Assembly (NCBI GenBank): GCA_003696705.1
Contig: RFGD01000009.1
Span: forward strand, 1-32,588
Source: Alphaproteobacteria bacterium
Lineage (GTDB): Bacteria > Pseudomonadota > Alphaproteobacteria > Rhodobacterales > Rhodobacteraceae
Direction: 5' to 3'
Length of the DNA: 32,588 bases
In this document: positions 1 to 7,881 of the stretch, piece by piece
Numbering within the stretch: the stretch's first letter is position 1
Layout of the letters: every line of letters begins with the position of its first letter
The notes under the pieces: generated by a model
Told to the model about the DNA's origin: nothing
What the model saw: the letters and a program-made list of their open reading frames with translations, nothing else
The model's database searches: none
Translations under genes and position numbers: made by a program

Positions 1-735
1 CGGATTCGCGTGGGGCTCGGGGACGAAGGCCTCGAGGCGCTTGCAGAGGCGCGCGACGTGCGCAAGGTCTCTCGCGCCGATCTTGCCGACTGCCTCATGC
101 GCGGGCAGACCGGCGCCACGACCGTTGCCGCGACGATGATCGCAGCGCGTCTGGCGGGCATCGAGGTCTTTGCGACGGGCGGCATCGGCGGCGTCCACCG
201 GGGCGCTGCCGAGAGCTTCGACGTCTCGGCCGATCTGACCGAACTTTCGCGCACGCCCGTCGTGGTCGTCGCCGCCGGCCCCAAGGCGATCCTTGACATT
301 CCGAAGACGCTCGAGGTGCTCGAGACGCTGGGTGTTCCGGTCGTCGGATACGGGCAGGACAATCTGCCCGCGTTCTGGTCACGGGATTCGGGCCTGCCCG
401 CCCCCCTTCGCGCCGACGCGCCGGCCGAGATCGCCAGGATGCACCGGATGCGGGCCGCCCTTGGCCTCGAGGGCGGGATCCTGGTCGCCAATCCGGTGCC
501 GGCGGCCGACGAGATTCCCGCCTCGGAACTTGCGCCGGTGATCGAGCGCGCCCTCGCCGAGGCCGAGGCGGCGGGAATCAGGGGAAAGGCCGTGACCCCC
601 TTCCTTCTCGACCGCGTGCTGGCCTTCACCGAAGGCCGGTCGCTGGCCGCGAACATCGCGCTTGTCAGAAACAATGCGCGCCTCGCGGCTTCGATCGCCC
701 ATGCGCTGAGCGCAGAGGCACGGCAGATATTGTGA
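1..735 (+). CDS. psuG: pseudouridine-5'-phosphate glycosidase, C-terminal part (5' end lies outside the window)
   Basis: Frame-1 ORF is open from base 1 to the TGA at 733-735. The translation carries PsuG/YeiN-like blocks (TGATTVAATMIAA, FATGGIGGVHRG, DVSADLTEL, GKAVTPFLL). Confidence 0.85.
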   Translation, partial: RIRVGLGDEGLEALAEARDVRKVSRADLADCLMRGQTGATTVAATMIAARLAGIEVFATGGIGGVHRGAAESFDVSADLTELSRTPVVVVAAGPKAILDIPKTLEVLETLGVPVVGYGQDNLPAFWSRDSGLPAPLRADAPAEIARMHRMRAALGLEGGILVANPVPAADEIPASELAPVIERALAEAEAAGIRGKAVTPFLLDRVLAFTEGRSLAANIALVRNNARLAASIAHALSAEARQIL

Positions 736-787
736 AGCGGCGGGCGGCGACGTAGATTTTCCGCTGTCGGTTCAGGACGAGGCTAGC

Positions 788-1516
788 ATGACCAAGGATA
801 ACGAGGCCCATGGCGGGCGGCGGCGGCGCGGCCTGTTCGGCGCCTTGCGGGCGAATTTCCTGACCGGGCTGGTCGTCATCGCCCCGATCGGGCTCACGAT
901 CTATCTGATCTGGACCGTTGTCGGCTGGATCGACAGCTGGGTCCTGCCCTTCGTGCCGGTCGCCTATCGCCCGGACCGCTACATCGGATATGACATCCGC
1001 GGCTTCGGGGTGGTGATCTTTCTTGTCTTCACGATCCTTGTCGGCTGGATCGCCAAGGGGCTCATCGGCCGGTCCATCATCCAGTGGGCCGAAGGGCTTG
1101 TGGACCGGATGCCGGTGGTCCGGTCGATCTACAACGGCGTCAAGCAGATCTTCGAGACCGTGTTCTCGCAGTCGGACACCTCCTTCGAGCATGCGTGCCT
1201 GGTCGAATATCCCCGCCGCGGCATCTGGTGCATCGGGTTCGTATCGACCAGCGCCAAGGGCGAGATCGCCGAGAAGGCGCCCGATGGGCGCGAGATGATG
1301 GCCATCTTCCTGCCGACCACACCCAATCCGACCTCGGGCTTTCTTCTGTTCCTGCCGCGCGAGGATGTCCTGCTTCTCGACATGACGGTCGAGGACGCGG
1401 CCAAGCTCGTCATCTCGGCCGGTCTCGTCTATCCGGGTCAGAAGGCGTCGAACGGCGCTTCGCGGCCGGACGCCGCGCCGGCCGGCGCCGTCGCGGTCGA
1501 GCCGCCGGACGCCTGA
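788..1516 (+). CDS. DUF502 family membrane protein
   Basis: ATG at 788 is preceded by GACGAGG. Two N-terminal hydrophobic helices are followed by the conserved DUF502-like core (PVVRSIYNGVKQI, LPTTPNPTSGFLLFLPREDV, ISAGLV). Confidence 0.8.
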   Translation: MTKDNEAHGGRRRRGLFGALRANFLTGLVVIAPIGLTIYLIWTVVGWIDSWVLPFVPVAYRPDRYIGYDIRGFGVVIFLVFTILVGWIAKGLIGRSIIQWAEGLVDRMPVVRSIYNGVKQIFETVFSQSDTSFEHACLVEYPRRGIWCIGFVSTSAKGEIAEKAPDGREMMAIFLPTTPNPTSGFLLFLPREDVLLLDMTVEDAAKLVISAGLVYPGQKASNGASRPDAAPAGAVAVEPPDA

Positions 1517-1598
1517 ACGCCCCGAAGACCTGAGCGTCCCGAAGACCGGAAGACGGGGACGCCCGCCCCGCCGCCCGGGCCGGGCCCCGGCGGCGGGT

Positions 1599-1721
1599 TC
1601 AGAAGGCGTTTCGGACCGCCCGCGCCCCCGAGGCCACGTCCTGCCCCAGGCCCTCGATGGTCGCGCACCCGGCAAGCCCCAGCGCCAGGGCGACAAACGC
1701 GAACCGTGCCAGTTTTCTCAT
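1599..1721 (-). CDS. entericidin EcnA/B family small lipoprotein (40 aa)
   Basis: Internal ATG (1719-1721) of the 1599..1859 ORF gives MRKLARFAFVALALGLAGCATIEGLGQDVASGARAVRNAF. It has a signal peptide, the lipobox LAGC, and the GC-x-T-xx-G-x-G-x-D-V pattern of entericidins. It starts 4 nt after the stop of the upstream solute-binding protein gene. Confidence 0.75.
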   Translation of the reverse strand: MRKLARFAFVALALGLAGCATIEGLGQDVASGARAVRNAF

Positions 1722-1725
1722 TGTC

Positions 1726-3564
1726 CTACTCCTGCTCGTACCACCACACGTCGGGCTGAAAGCCGATCCAGTCGCCGTAGATCGGCAGTTTTTCGGGATA
1801 GTGCAATGTCCGCTTGTGCGCGATGCGGCTGACGTTCGAGAACCAGAACGGGATGACATAGCGCCCCGTCGTGAGGACGCGATCCAGCGCCCTGACCGTG
1901 GCCACGAAATCTTCGTGGGTCTGCGCGGTCAGAAGGTCGTCGACAAGGCCGTCCACGGCCGCGCTCTTGATCCCCATCCAGTTCCGGGTGCCCGGCCGGT
2001 CGGCGCTTTCGCTGCCCCAGTACAGGCGCTGCTCGTTGCCCGGGCTGAGCGACAGGCCCCGCCAGTAATAGACCATGTCGAAGTCGTAGTTGTTCGTCCG
2101 CTCCTTGTATTGCGCGCTGTCGACGACGGTCGTGCGCGCCTCGATCCCAAGCCGCGACAGGGCCGAGATGTAGATGTCCGCGATCTGCCCGGTCTCGGTC
2201 GCGCCCTGTTTCAACAGGATCTCGAAGCGGAACGGCTCTCCCTTCGCGTTGCGAAGCACGCCGTCCTGAACGGTCCATCCGGCCTCGGCCAGAAGCCGAA
2301 GGGCCTTGCGGATGTTCTTGCGGTTCGCCGCCGTGCCGTCGCCGACCGGCAGGGAATAGCCCTCGAGCGCGCCGGGCAGAAGCGCCTCGCGATAGCGCTC
2401 GAGGAGCGCACGCACCTTGCCCTCGGCCGGCCCCGGGCGCATGCCAAGGACCGAGTTCGAGAAATACGAGGTGATCCGCGGCGCCTTGCCGTCGTTGAGG
2501 GTCTGATTGACGAACTCGAAGTTGAAGGCATGGATCAGCGCCTCGCGCACGCGCCAGTCCGCGAACAGCGCCCGGCGCGTGTTGAAGGCAAATCCGCGGA
2601 TCCCCGACGGGCGCTGGTGCGGGATGATCGACTTGACGACCTCGCCGCTACGGACGGCGGGAAAGTCATAGGCCGTTTCCCACTTGCGGGCATTGAACTC
2701 GCGGTAGCTGTCGATTTCGCCGGCCTTGAAGGCCTCGAAGATGACGGACCCGTCGGCGTAGAAGTCATAGCGGATCTCGTCGAAATTGTGCAGGCCGCGG
2801 TTGATCGGCAGATCGCGCCCCCACCAGTCGGGATTTCGGCGCAGCACCAGATAGCGGCCGAACTCGTAATCCGCGACGACATAGGGACCCGACCCGATGG
2901 GCAATTCGGTCGAGTTCTGGAAGTCCTTCCCTTCCCACTGCGCCTTCTTCAGGATCGGCCGCAGCCCCAGGATGAGCGGAAGCTCGTTGTCGTTGGTGTT
3001 GAAGGTGAAGCGGACCGTGCGCGGCCCGGTGGCCGTCGCGCTTGCGACCTTCTTCCAGGCGCCCAGATAACGGGGATGACCGCGGGTCCCGAGGGTCTCG
3101 AATGACCAGAGGACATCTTCGACCGTCACGGGGCTTCCGTCCGAGAAGCGCGCCTCGGGACGCAGGGTGAATTCGACCCACTCGCGGTTCGGCCCCGTCT
3201 CGACCGATTCGGCCAGACCGCCGTAAAGCGTGAAAGGCTCGTCCCAGCTTCGCGTCATGAGGGATTCGTACCCATAGACCCGCAGCCCATATGGCGCCGA
3301 GCCTTTCAGGACGAAGGGATTGAGCGAATCGAAGCCGCCCGCCTCGCCGAAGACGATCCGCCCGCCCTTCGGCGCTTCCGGGTTGACATAGGGCAAGGAC
3401 ACAAGATCAGGTGGCAGCGCCGGTTCGCCATACATAGCGATGCCATGCTTCGGCGCCGCGCTGGCGGCAACGGCCACGGCGGCGGCGCCCGCTGCGACAA
3501 GAAGCCGGCGCCCGAGGTCGAAAAAAACTGATCTCATTTCGGCAACAATCCTCGCTGTCCCCAT
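1726..3564 (-). CDS. ABC transporter substrate-binding protein, family 5 (YejA / peptide-oligopeptide type)
   Basis: 612-aa ORF with a signal-like N-terminus (LLVAAGAAAVAVAASA) and a family-5 SBP-like sequence throughout. ATG at 3564 is preceded by AAGGAAAC. An alternative ATG at 3537 (MRSVFF...) is possible. No permease or ATPase genes are adjacent. Confidence 0.85.
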   Translation of the reverse strand: MGTARIVAEMRSVFFDLGRRLLVAAGAAAVAVAASAAPKHGIAMYGEPALPPDLVSLPYVNPEAPKGGRIVFGEAGGFDSLNPFVLKGSAPYGLRVYGYESLMTRSWDEPFTLYGGLAESVETGPNREWVEFTLRPEARFSDGSPVTVEDVLWSFETLGTRGHPRYLGAWKKVASATATGPRTVRFTFNTNDNELPLILGLRPILKKAQWEGKDFQNSTELPIGSGPYVVADYEFGRYLVLRRNPDWWGRDLPINRGLHNFDEIRYDFYADGSVIFEAFKAGEIDSYREFNARKWETAYDFPAVRSGEVVKSIIPHQRPSGIRGFAFNTRRALFADWRVREALIHAFNFEFVNQTLNDGKAPRITSYFSNSVLGMRPGPAEGKVRALLERYREALLPGALEGYSLPVGDGTAANRKNIRKALRLLAEAGWTVQDGVLRNAKGEPFRFEILLKQGATETGQIADIYISALSRLGIEARTTVVDSAQYKERTNNYDFDMVYYWRGLSLSPGNEQRLYWGSESADRPGTRNWMGIKSAAVDGLVDDLLTAQTHEDFVATVRALDRVLTTGRYVIPFWFSNVSRIAHKRTLHYPEKLPIYGDWIGFQPDVWWYEQE

Positions 3565-3579
3565 GTTTCCTTGAGCGGA

Positions 3580-3608
3580 ACCCTACCGACGAGATCCAGC
3601 GTTTACAA
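3580..3608 (-). promoter_or_regulatory. candidate sigma-70-type promoter for the solute-binding protein gene
   Basis: The minus strand reads TTGTAA (3608-3603), a 17-nt spacer, then TAGGGT (3585-3580), just upstream of the ATG at 3564. It lies in an AT-rich intergenic region. Confidence 0.3.
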
Positions 3609-3617
3609 ATTTTTAGC

Positions 3618-3646
3618 TTGGCCACCGGCGGACGTTTGCGTATAAG
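3618..3646 (+). promoter_or_regulatory. candidate sigma-70-type promoter (TTGGCC-N17-TATAAG) driving the candidate sRNA
   Basis: TTGGCC at 3618-3623, an exact 17-nt spacer, TATAAG at 3641-3646. It sits back-to-back with the minus-strand promoter candidate, 9 bp away. Confidence 0.4.
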
Positions 3647-3652
3647 GAAATC

Positions 3653-3727
3653 ACTGCTCGATAGGTTTCTTGCCTGTATGAAACCTGCCTCAATAACTGA
3701 CGCCCGCTTCTGCGGGCGTCTTTTTTT
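3653..3727 (+). ncRNA. candidate trans-acting (Hfq-type) small RNA, about 75 nt, family not recognised
   Basis: The predicted start is about 7 nt after TATAAG. The layout is a single-stranded 5' end, stem-loop AGGTTTC (3663-3669) / GAAACCT (3680-3686) with a 10-nt loop, an A/U-rich linker GCCTCAATAACT, then an intrinsic terminator. No plausible ORF has its own stop inside it. Confidence 0.4.
3699..3727 (+). terminator. rho-independent terminator (possibly bidirectional)
   Basis: Perfect 9-bp GC-rich stem GACGCCCGC (3699-3707) / GCGGGCGTC (3712-3720), loop TTCT, followed by T7 (3721-3727). On the minus strand the same hairpin is followed by AGTTATTG, so it may also weakly terminate the XRE-cupin gene that ends at 3804. 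Confidence 0.75.
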
Positions 3728-3803
3728 CGCACCGGGCAGGGAACCGGCATTCCCCAGGCAGAAAGCCTTTCGCGCGACGGCCGTCCGGCGCCCGGGCGCG
3801 GGG

Positions 3804-4427
3804 TCAATCCATTGCAGTGACCCAGAGGATGGTCGCATCCTCTTCCGAGATCGAGATCACGTTGTGCCCCATGGAGGCATCGTAATAGGCGCTGTCGCCG
3901 CGGCGCATGTCCACCGGCTCGTAGAACTCGGTGAACAGCCGGATCACACCGGTCAGGACGTATAGAAACTCTTCTCCGTCATGCCGGACCCAGCCGTCGA
4001 AGGCCTCGAAGCTGCGGGCGCGGACCCGTGCGCGATAGGGAAGCATGCGTTTCTGGCGCAGCTGGCTTGCCAGGATCTCGTGCTCGTAGGTGGCGGTCGG
4101 GTGCGGTGTCCCCTCGCCCGCGCGGGTCACCGCCATGCGGCCGGTTATCCGCGCATCGCGCGGCGGAGTGAACAGCTGTGGAACGGTGATGCCAAGCCCT
4201 TCGGCAAGCTTGCGCACGGCGTCGTAGGTGGGCGACATCTGACCGTTTTCGATCTTCGAAAGCGTCGAGCGGGCAAGTCCGGCCGCCTTTGCCGCCTCGG
4301 CCAGGGTCCAGCGCCGTTCCTTGCGCAATGCGCGGACGCGGGCGCCAAGGTCCAGGGGCTCGACGCGCGCGTCCTCGCCCGAGGCGCGGGCCACGCGCAA
4401 CAGCGAAGGTGTCTCCATGTCGTCCAT
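3804..4427 (-). CDS. XRE-family HTH transcriptional regulator with C-terminal cupin domain
   Basis: The C-terminal 207 codons of the 3804..4919 ORF carry an HTH (WTLAEAAKAAGLARSTLSKIENG) and a cupin-like C-terminus (HDGEEFLYVLTG...GDSAYYD...H). ATG at 4427 is preceded by AGAAGGA. An alternative ATG at 4469 exists. The rest of the long ORF is antisense read-through into the divergent gene. Confidence 0.8.
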   Translation of the reverse strand: MDDMETPSLLRVARASGEDARVEPLDLGARVRALRKERRWTLAEAAKAAGLARSTLSKIENGQMSPTYDAVRKLAEGLGITVPQLFTPPRDARITGRMAVTRAGEGTPHPTATYEHEILASQLRQKRMLPYRARVRARSFEAFDGWVRHDGEEFLYVLTGVIRLFTEFYEPVDMRRGDSAYYDASMGHNVISISEEDATILWVTAMD

Positions 4428-4455
4428 GCCGTCCTTCTGAAGAAAGCGCCGCCCG

Positions 4456-4463
4456 CTTGCAAG
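4456..4463. promoter_or_regulatory. perfect 8-bp palindrome CTTGCAAG in the divergent intergenic region (candidate operator)
   Basis: This is the only perfect palindrome I see in the 64-bp gap between the regulator start (4427) and the ATG of the adenylate-forming enzyme (4492). The functional assignment is speculative. Confidence 0.15.
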
Positions 4464-4491
4464 TCCCATCGGCCCGGCGTAGCCAAGGCCC

Positions 4492-6021
4492 ATGCTTTCC
4501 GTCGTCGAGGACAATGCACCGCCGCCCTGCCCGCCGGCTTTCAACCTGACGGCCCATGTGCTGGGCGCGGCCGAGGTCGATCCCGACAAGATCGCGCTAG
4601 CCATCGTCGGCCCCGCAAGGGCCGAGCGTTGGAGCTTCGGGCGGCTGAAGGAGGCCGTTCTCGGCACCGCGACCGGGCTTCTCGAGGCCGGGCTCGAGCC
4701 GGGCGACCGGCTTTTCCTGCGCCTTGGCAACACGGTCGATTTCCCGATCCTCTTTCTGGCGGCGGCCGCGGTGGACGTCCTTCCGGTGCCCATCTCGGCG
4801 CAGCTTGCCGCGCCCGAGGTCGATGCCCTGGCAGCGGCGGTGGCCCCCGCGATGATCGTCGCCGATCCGCGCCTTCCGATGCCCGCCGGGGACTTTCGCG
4901 TCCTGTCGGTCGAGGCCACGCGGGACTGGCGGCGCCGTCCGCCGGCGACGATCGCAACCGGCGATCCGGACAGGCCGGGCTATGTGATCTTCACCTCGGG
5001 CACCGGCGGCGGACCGCGCGCGGTCCTGCACGCCCATCGCGCCGTCTGGGCGCGGCGGATGATGCACGACGGCTGGTACGGGCTTCGTGCGACGGACCGG
5101 CTCTTGCACGCAGGCGCCTTCAACTGGACCTATACGCTTGGCACGGGCCTTCTTGATCCCTGGACCCTTGGCGCAACCGCCCTTGTCCCGCACGAGGGGG
5201 TCGGGCACGACGCGCTGCCGCTTCTTCTGCGCCGCCACGACGCGACGATATTTGCCGCGGCGCCAGGGGTTTACCGGCAAATGCTGAAAGGCCGTGACAC
5301 GCTCGATCTGCCTCGGCTCCGCCACGGGCTTTCGGCCGGCGAGCGGCTTGCCGAGGCGACGCGCGCCGCCTGGGAGCGCGCGACCGGCACGCCGATCTAC
5401 GAAGCCCTTGGCATGACCGAGTGCTCGACCTTCATTTCCGGGTCCCCCGCCCGGCCGGCCCCGCCGGGCGCCACCGGCTATCCGCAGCCGGGTCGACGCG
5501 TGGCGGTGCTTGGCCCCGACGGGCGGCCGGTGCCCCGCGGCACGCCCGGCACCCTGGCCGTGCACCGGCGGGATCCGGGCCTCATGCTCGGGTATCTCGA
5601 CCGCCCGGACGAGACGGCGGCGCGCCTTGTCGGTGACTGGTTCTTGACCGGAGATCAGGTTGTCATGGCCGATGATGGCGCGGTTACCTATCTGGGCCGC
5701 GACGACGACATGATGAACGCAGGCGGATTTCGCGTCTCTCCGCTCGAGGTCGAGGCCGCCCTGTCCACCCATCCCGGCATCGGCGACTGCGCTGCCGTCG
5801 AGGTGCGCGTGAAGGCCGATGCGACGGTCATCGCCGCCTTCTACGAGGCCGAGGCCGATCTGGACGCGGCCGACCTGACGGCCTATCTCGGGGTGCGGCT
5901 TGCGCGGTACAAGACGCCGCGGATCTTTCAGCGTGTCGACGCCCTCCCACGCGGTGCGAACGGCAAGGTCCTGCGCCGGAAATTACGTGAAGACTACGAG
6001 GCAAGACATGGTAAAACTTGA
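4492..6021 (+). CDS. AMP-dependent synthetase/ligase (class I adenylate-forming enzyme, aromatic-acid/benzoate-CoA-ligase-like)
   Basis: 509 aa with adenylation motifs: IFTSGTGGGPRAV (A3), YEALGMTE (A5), FLTGDQV...YLGRDDDMMNAGGFRVSPLEVE (A7/A8), and the C-terminal GANGKVLRRKL lysine motif. Confidence 0.85.
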   Translation: MLSVVEDNAPPPCPPAFNLTAHVLGAAEVDPDKIALAIVGPARAERWSFGRLKEAVLGTATGLLEAGLEPGDRLFLRLGNTVDFPILFLAAAAVDVLPVPISAQLAAPEVDALAAAVAPAMIVADPRLPMPAGDFRVLSVEATRDWRRRPPATIATGDPDRPGYVIFTSGTGGGPRAVLHAHRAVWARRMMHDGWYGLRATDRLLHAGAFNWTYTLGTGLLDPWTLGATALVPHEGVGHDALPLLLRRHDATIFAAAPGVYRQMLKGRDTLDLPRLRHGLSAGERLAEATRAAWERATGTPIYEALGMTECSTFISGSPARPAPPGATGYPQPGRRVAVLGPDGRPVPRGTPGTLAVHRRDPGLMLGYLDRPDETAARLVGDWFLTGDQVVMADDGAVTYLGRDDDMMNAGGFRVSPLEVEAALSTHPGIGDCAAVEVRVKADATVIAAFYEAEADLDAADLTAYLGVRLARYKTPRIFQRVDALPRGANGKVLRRKLREDYEARHGKT

Positions 6022-6664
6022 CATTCTTTCCGACCCGATCTGCCCGTGGTGCTTCATCGGCAAGCGGCGGCTGGACCGGGCGCTCGAGGCCCGGCCGGAT
6101 CATCCGTTCATCATCGAATGGCATCCCTTCCAACTGAACCCGGACATGCCGCCCGAGGGGATGGTCCGCCGCGAATACCTCGAGACGAAATTCGGCGGCA
6201 AGGAGGCCGCGGCCCAGGTCTATGCCCGCATCGACGAGGCCGCGCGCGACGCCGGGCTCGAGATCGACTGGGAGAAGATACGCCGCACCCCCAATACGCT
6301 CGATGCGCACCGCCTGATCCACTGGGCGGGGCTCGAGGGCCGGCAGACGGCGGTCGTGGATGCCCTGTTCCGGGCCTACTTCCTGGAGGGGCTCGACATC
6401 GGGGACAGGGATGTCCTGGTGGCGATCGGCGAACGCGCGGGGCTCGACCCGGCGATGCTTCGAACCCTTCTGGCCGGCGACGCCGACCGCGAGGAGATCC
6501 GCGCCCGCGACGCCCACGCGCGCGAACGCGGGGTCACGGGCGTGCCGACGTTCATCGTGGCCAATACCTACGTCCTGCAGGGTGCGCAGCCGACCGACGT
6601 CTGGCTGCGCGCGATTGACGAGATCAACGAGAAGCTCGCCCATCGCGACGGCGGGGACGCCTGA
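6008..6664 (+). CDS. DsbA-family (FrnE / 2-hydroxychromene-2-carboxylate isomerase-like) thioredoxin-fold protein
   Basis: Internal ATG at 6008 gives MVKLDILSDPICPWCFIGKRRL... with a CPWC active-site motif and a C-terminal GVTGVPTFIV block. It overlaps the upstream stop by 14 nt. Confidence 0.8.
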   Translation: MVKLDILSDPICPWCFIGKRRLDRALEARPDHPFIIEWHPFQLNPDMPPEGMVRREYLETKFGGKEAAAQVYARIDEAARDAGLEIDWEKIRRTPNTLDAHRLIHWAGLEGRQTAVVDALFRAYFLEGLDIGDRDVLVAIGERAGLDPAMLRTLLAGDADREEIRARDAHARERGVTGVPTFIVANTYVLQGAQPTDVWLRAIDEINEKLAHRDGGDA

Positions 6665-7881
6665 TGGGGCCGCACCCTGACAGGGGCGCGCGAGGCGCCG
6701 AGTTCATCGCGCTTGTCGCGATGCTTTTCGCCACGGTGGCATTTTCGATCGATTCCATGCTGCCGGCCATGCCCGAGATCGCGGCCGAACTGACGCCTGC
6801 CGCGCCCAACCGTGCCCAGCTTGTCGTCACCAGTTTCGTTTTCGGCCTTGGCGTCGGCACGCTGTTTGCCGGCCCTATTTCCGATGCCATCGGGCGACGC
6901 AAGGTCATCGTCGGCGGGGCCGCGATCTATGCCCTCGGGGCCGTGCTTGCGGCCCGGGCCGGCTCGCTCGAGGCGCTTCTGGCGGCGCGGGTCCTTCAGG
7001 GGCTCGGCGCCTCGGGGCCTCGGGTCGCATCGCTTGCGCTTGTCCGCGACCGCCACGCAGGTGCGCGGATGGCACGCATCGTCTCGTTCGCGATGACGGT
7101 CTTCGCGCTGGTCCCGGCGGTGGCGCCGGCCATCGGGGCGCTCATCCTTGCCGCCTTCGGCTGGCGCGCCATCTTCGGCGCCTTCGTGGTCTTTGCCGCG
7201 CTGAGCTCGGCCTGGCTTCTGTTGCGTCAGCCCGAGACGCTGGCCCCCGAAGCCCGGCGCCCCCTGCGCCCGGCCCGCATCCTCGCCGCCGTCGGCGAGG
7301 TGTTGTCCCACGGCGTCGTCCTGCGCGCGATCCTGGCGCAGGTGTTCATCTTCGGCTCGCTCATGGCCGTCCTGTCGTCGACCCAGATGGTCTTCGACAA
7401 GACCTTCGGCCTTGGCGACAGCTTTCCGTTCTGGTTCGCCATGATCGTCCTTGTCGCGGGAACGGGGAGCTTTGCGAACGCGCGTCTTGTCCTGCGGCTT
7501 GGCATGATCCGGCTGGTGACGACAACGCTGACGGTGGAGTTCCTGTTTTCGGCCACTGTCGCCGCCCTCTGGGGCACCGGCCTTCTGCCCGAGCCGCTGC
7601 GGTTTCCGCTTTATTTTGCGTGGACTACGTCGGTGTTCTTCATGCTGGGCTTTACCATGGGGAACCTGAATGCACTTGCGCTCGAGCCGATGGGACACAT
7701 CGCCGGCACGGCGGCGTCGGTCATTTCCGCGCTGGCCACGGCCCTTGCCGTCGTCATCGCGATCCCGGTGGGTCTGGCTTTCGACGGGACGCCGCTGCCG
7801 CTCTTTCTGGGGGTGGCGGCGTCGCTGGCCTGCGCGCGGCTTTCGGTGCGCGGGCTCGTGCCGGCGGTCGCGGGGCCCTAG
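6664..7881 (+). CDS. MFS transporter, Bcr/CflA-type drug-efflux subfamily
   Basis: 405 aa with about 12 hydrophobic segments and MFS motif A-like sequence (GPISDAIGRRKV). The ATG shares 1 nt with the upstream TGA (TGATG). Confidence 0.8.
   Translation: MGPHPDRGARGAEFIALVAMLFATVAFSIDSMLPAMPEIAAELTPAAPNRAQLVVTSFVFGLGVGTLFAGPISDAIGRRKVIVGGAAIYALGAVLAARAGSLEALLAARVLQGLGASGPRVASLALVRDRHAGARMARIVSFAMTVFALVPAVAPAIGALILAAFGWRAIFGAFVVFAALSSAWLLLRQPETLAPEARRPLRPARILAAVGEVLSHGVVLRAILAQVFIFGSLMAVLSSTQMVFDKTFGLGDSFPFWFAMIVLVAGTGSFANARLVLRLGMIRLVTTTLTVEFLFSATVAALWGTGLLPEPLRFPLYFAWTTSVFFMLGFTMGNLNALALEPMGHIAGTAASVISALATALAVVIAIPVGLAFDGTPLPLFLGVAASLACARLSVRGLVPAVAGP

Noticed and set aside
1521-1556. A direct repeat CCCGAAGACC (1521-1530 and 1538-1547) plus a third GAAGAC (1549-1554), downstream of the DUF502 gene.
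   Set aside because: It is very short, lies in a convergent 3' intergenic region and has no associated structure or ORF. It could be chance or part of a degenerate terminator. I cannot support a function.
3618-3965. A 115-aa plus-strand ORF starting at the TTG of the candidate sRNA promoter and running through the terminator.
   Set aside because: Its start is the -35 hexamer itself. It reads straight through a strong intrinsic terminator and then antisense into the XRE-cupin gene. It has no RBS and no protein-like sequence.
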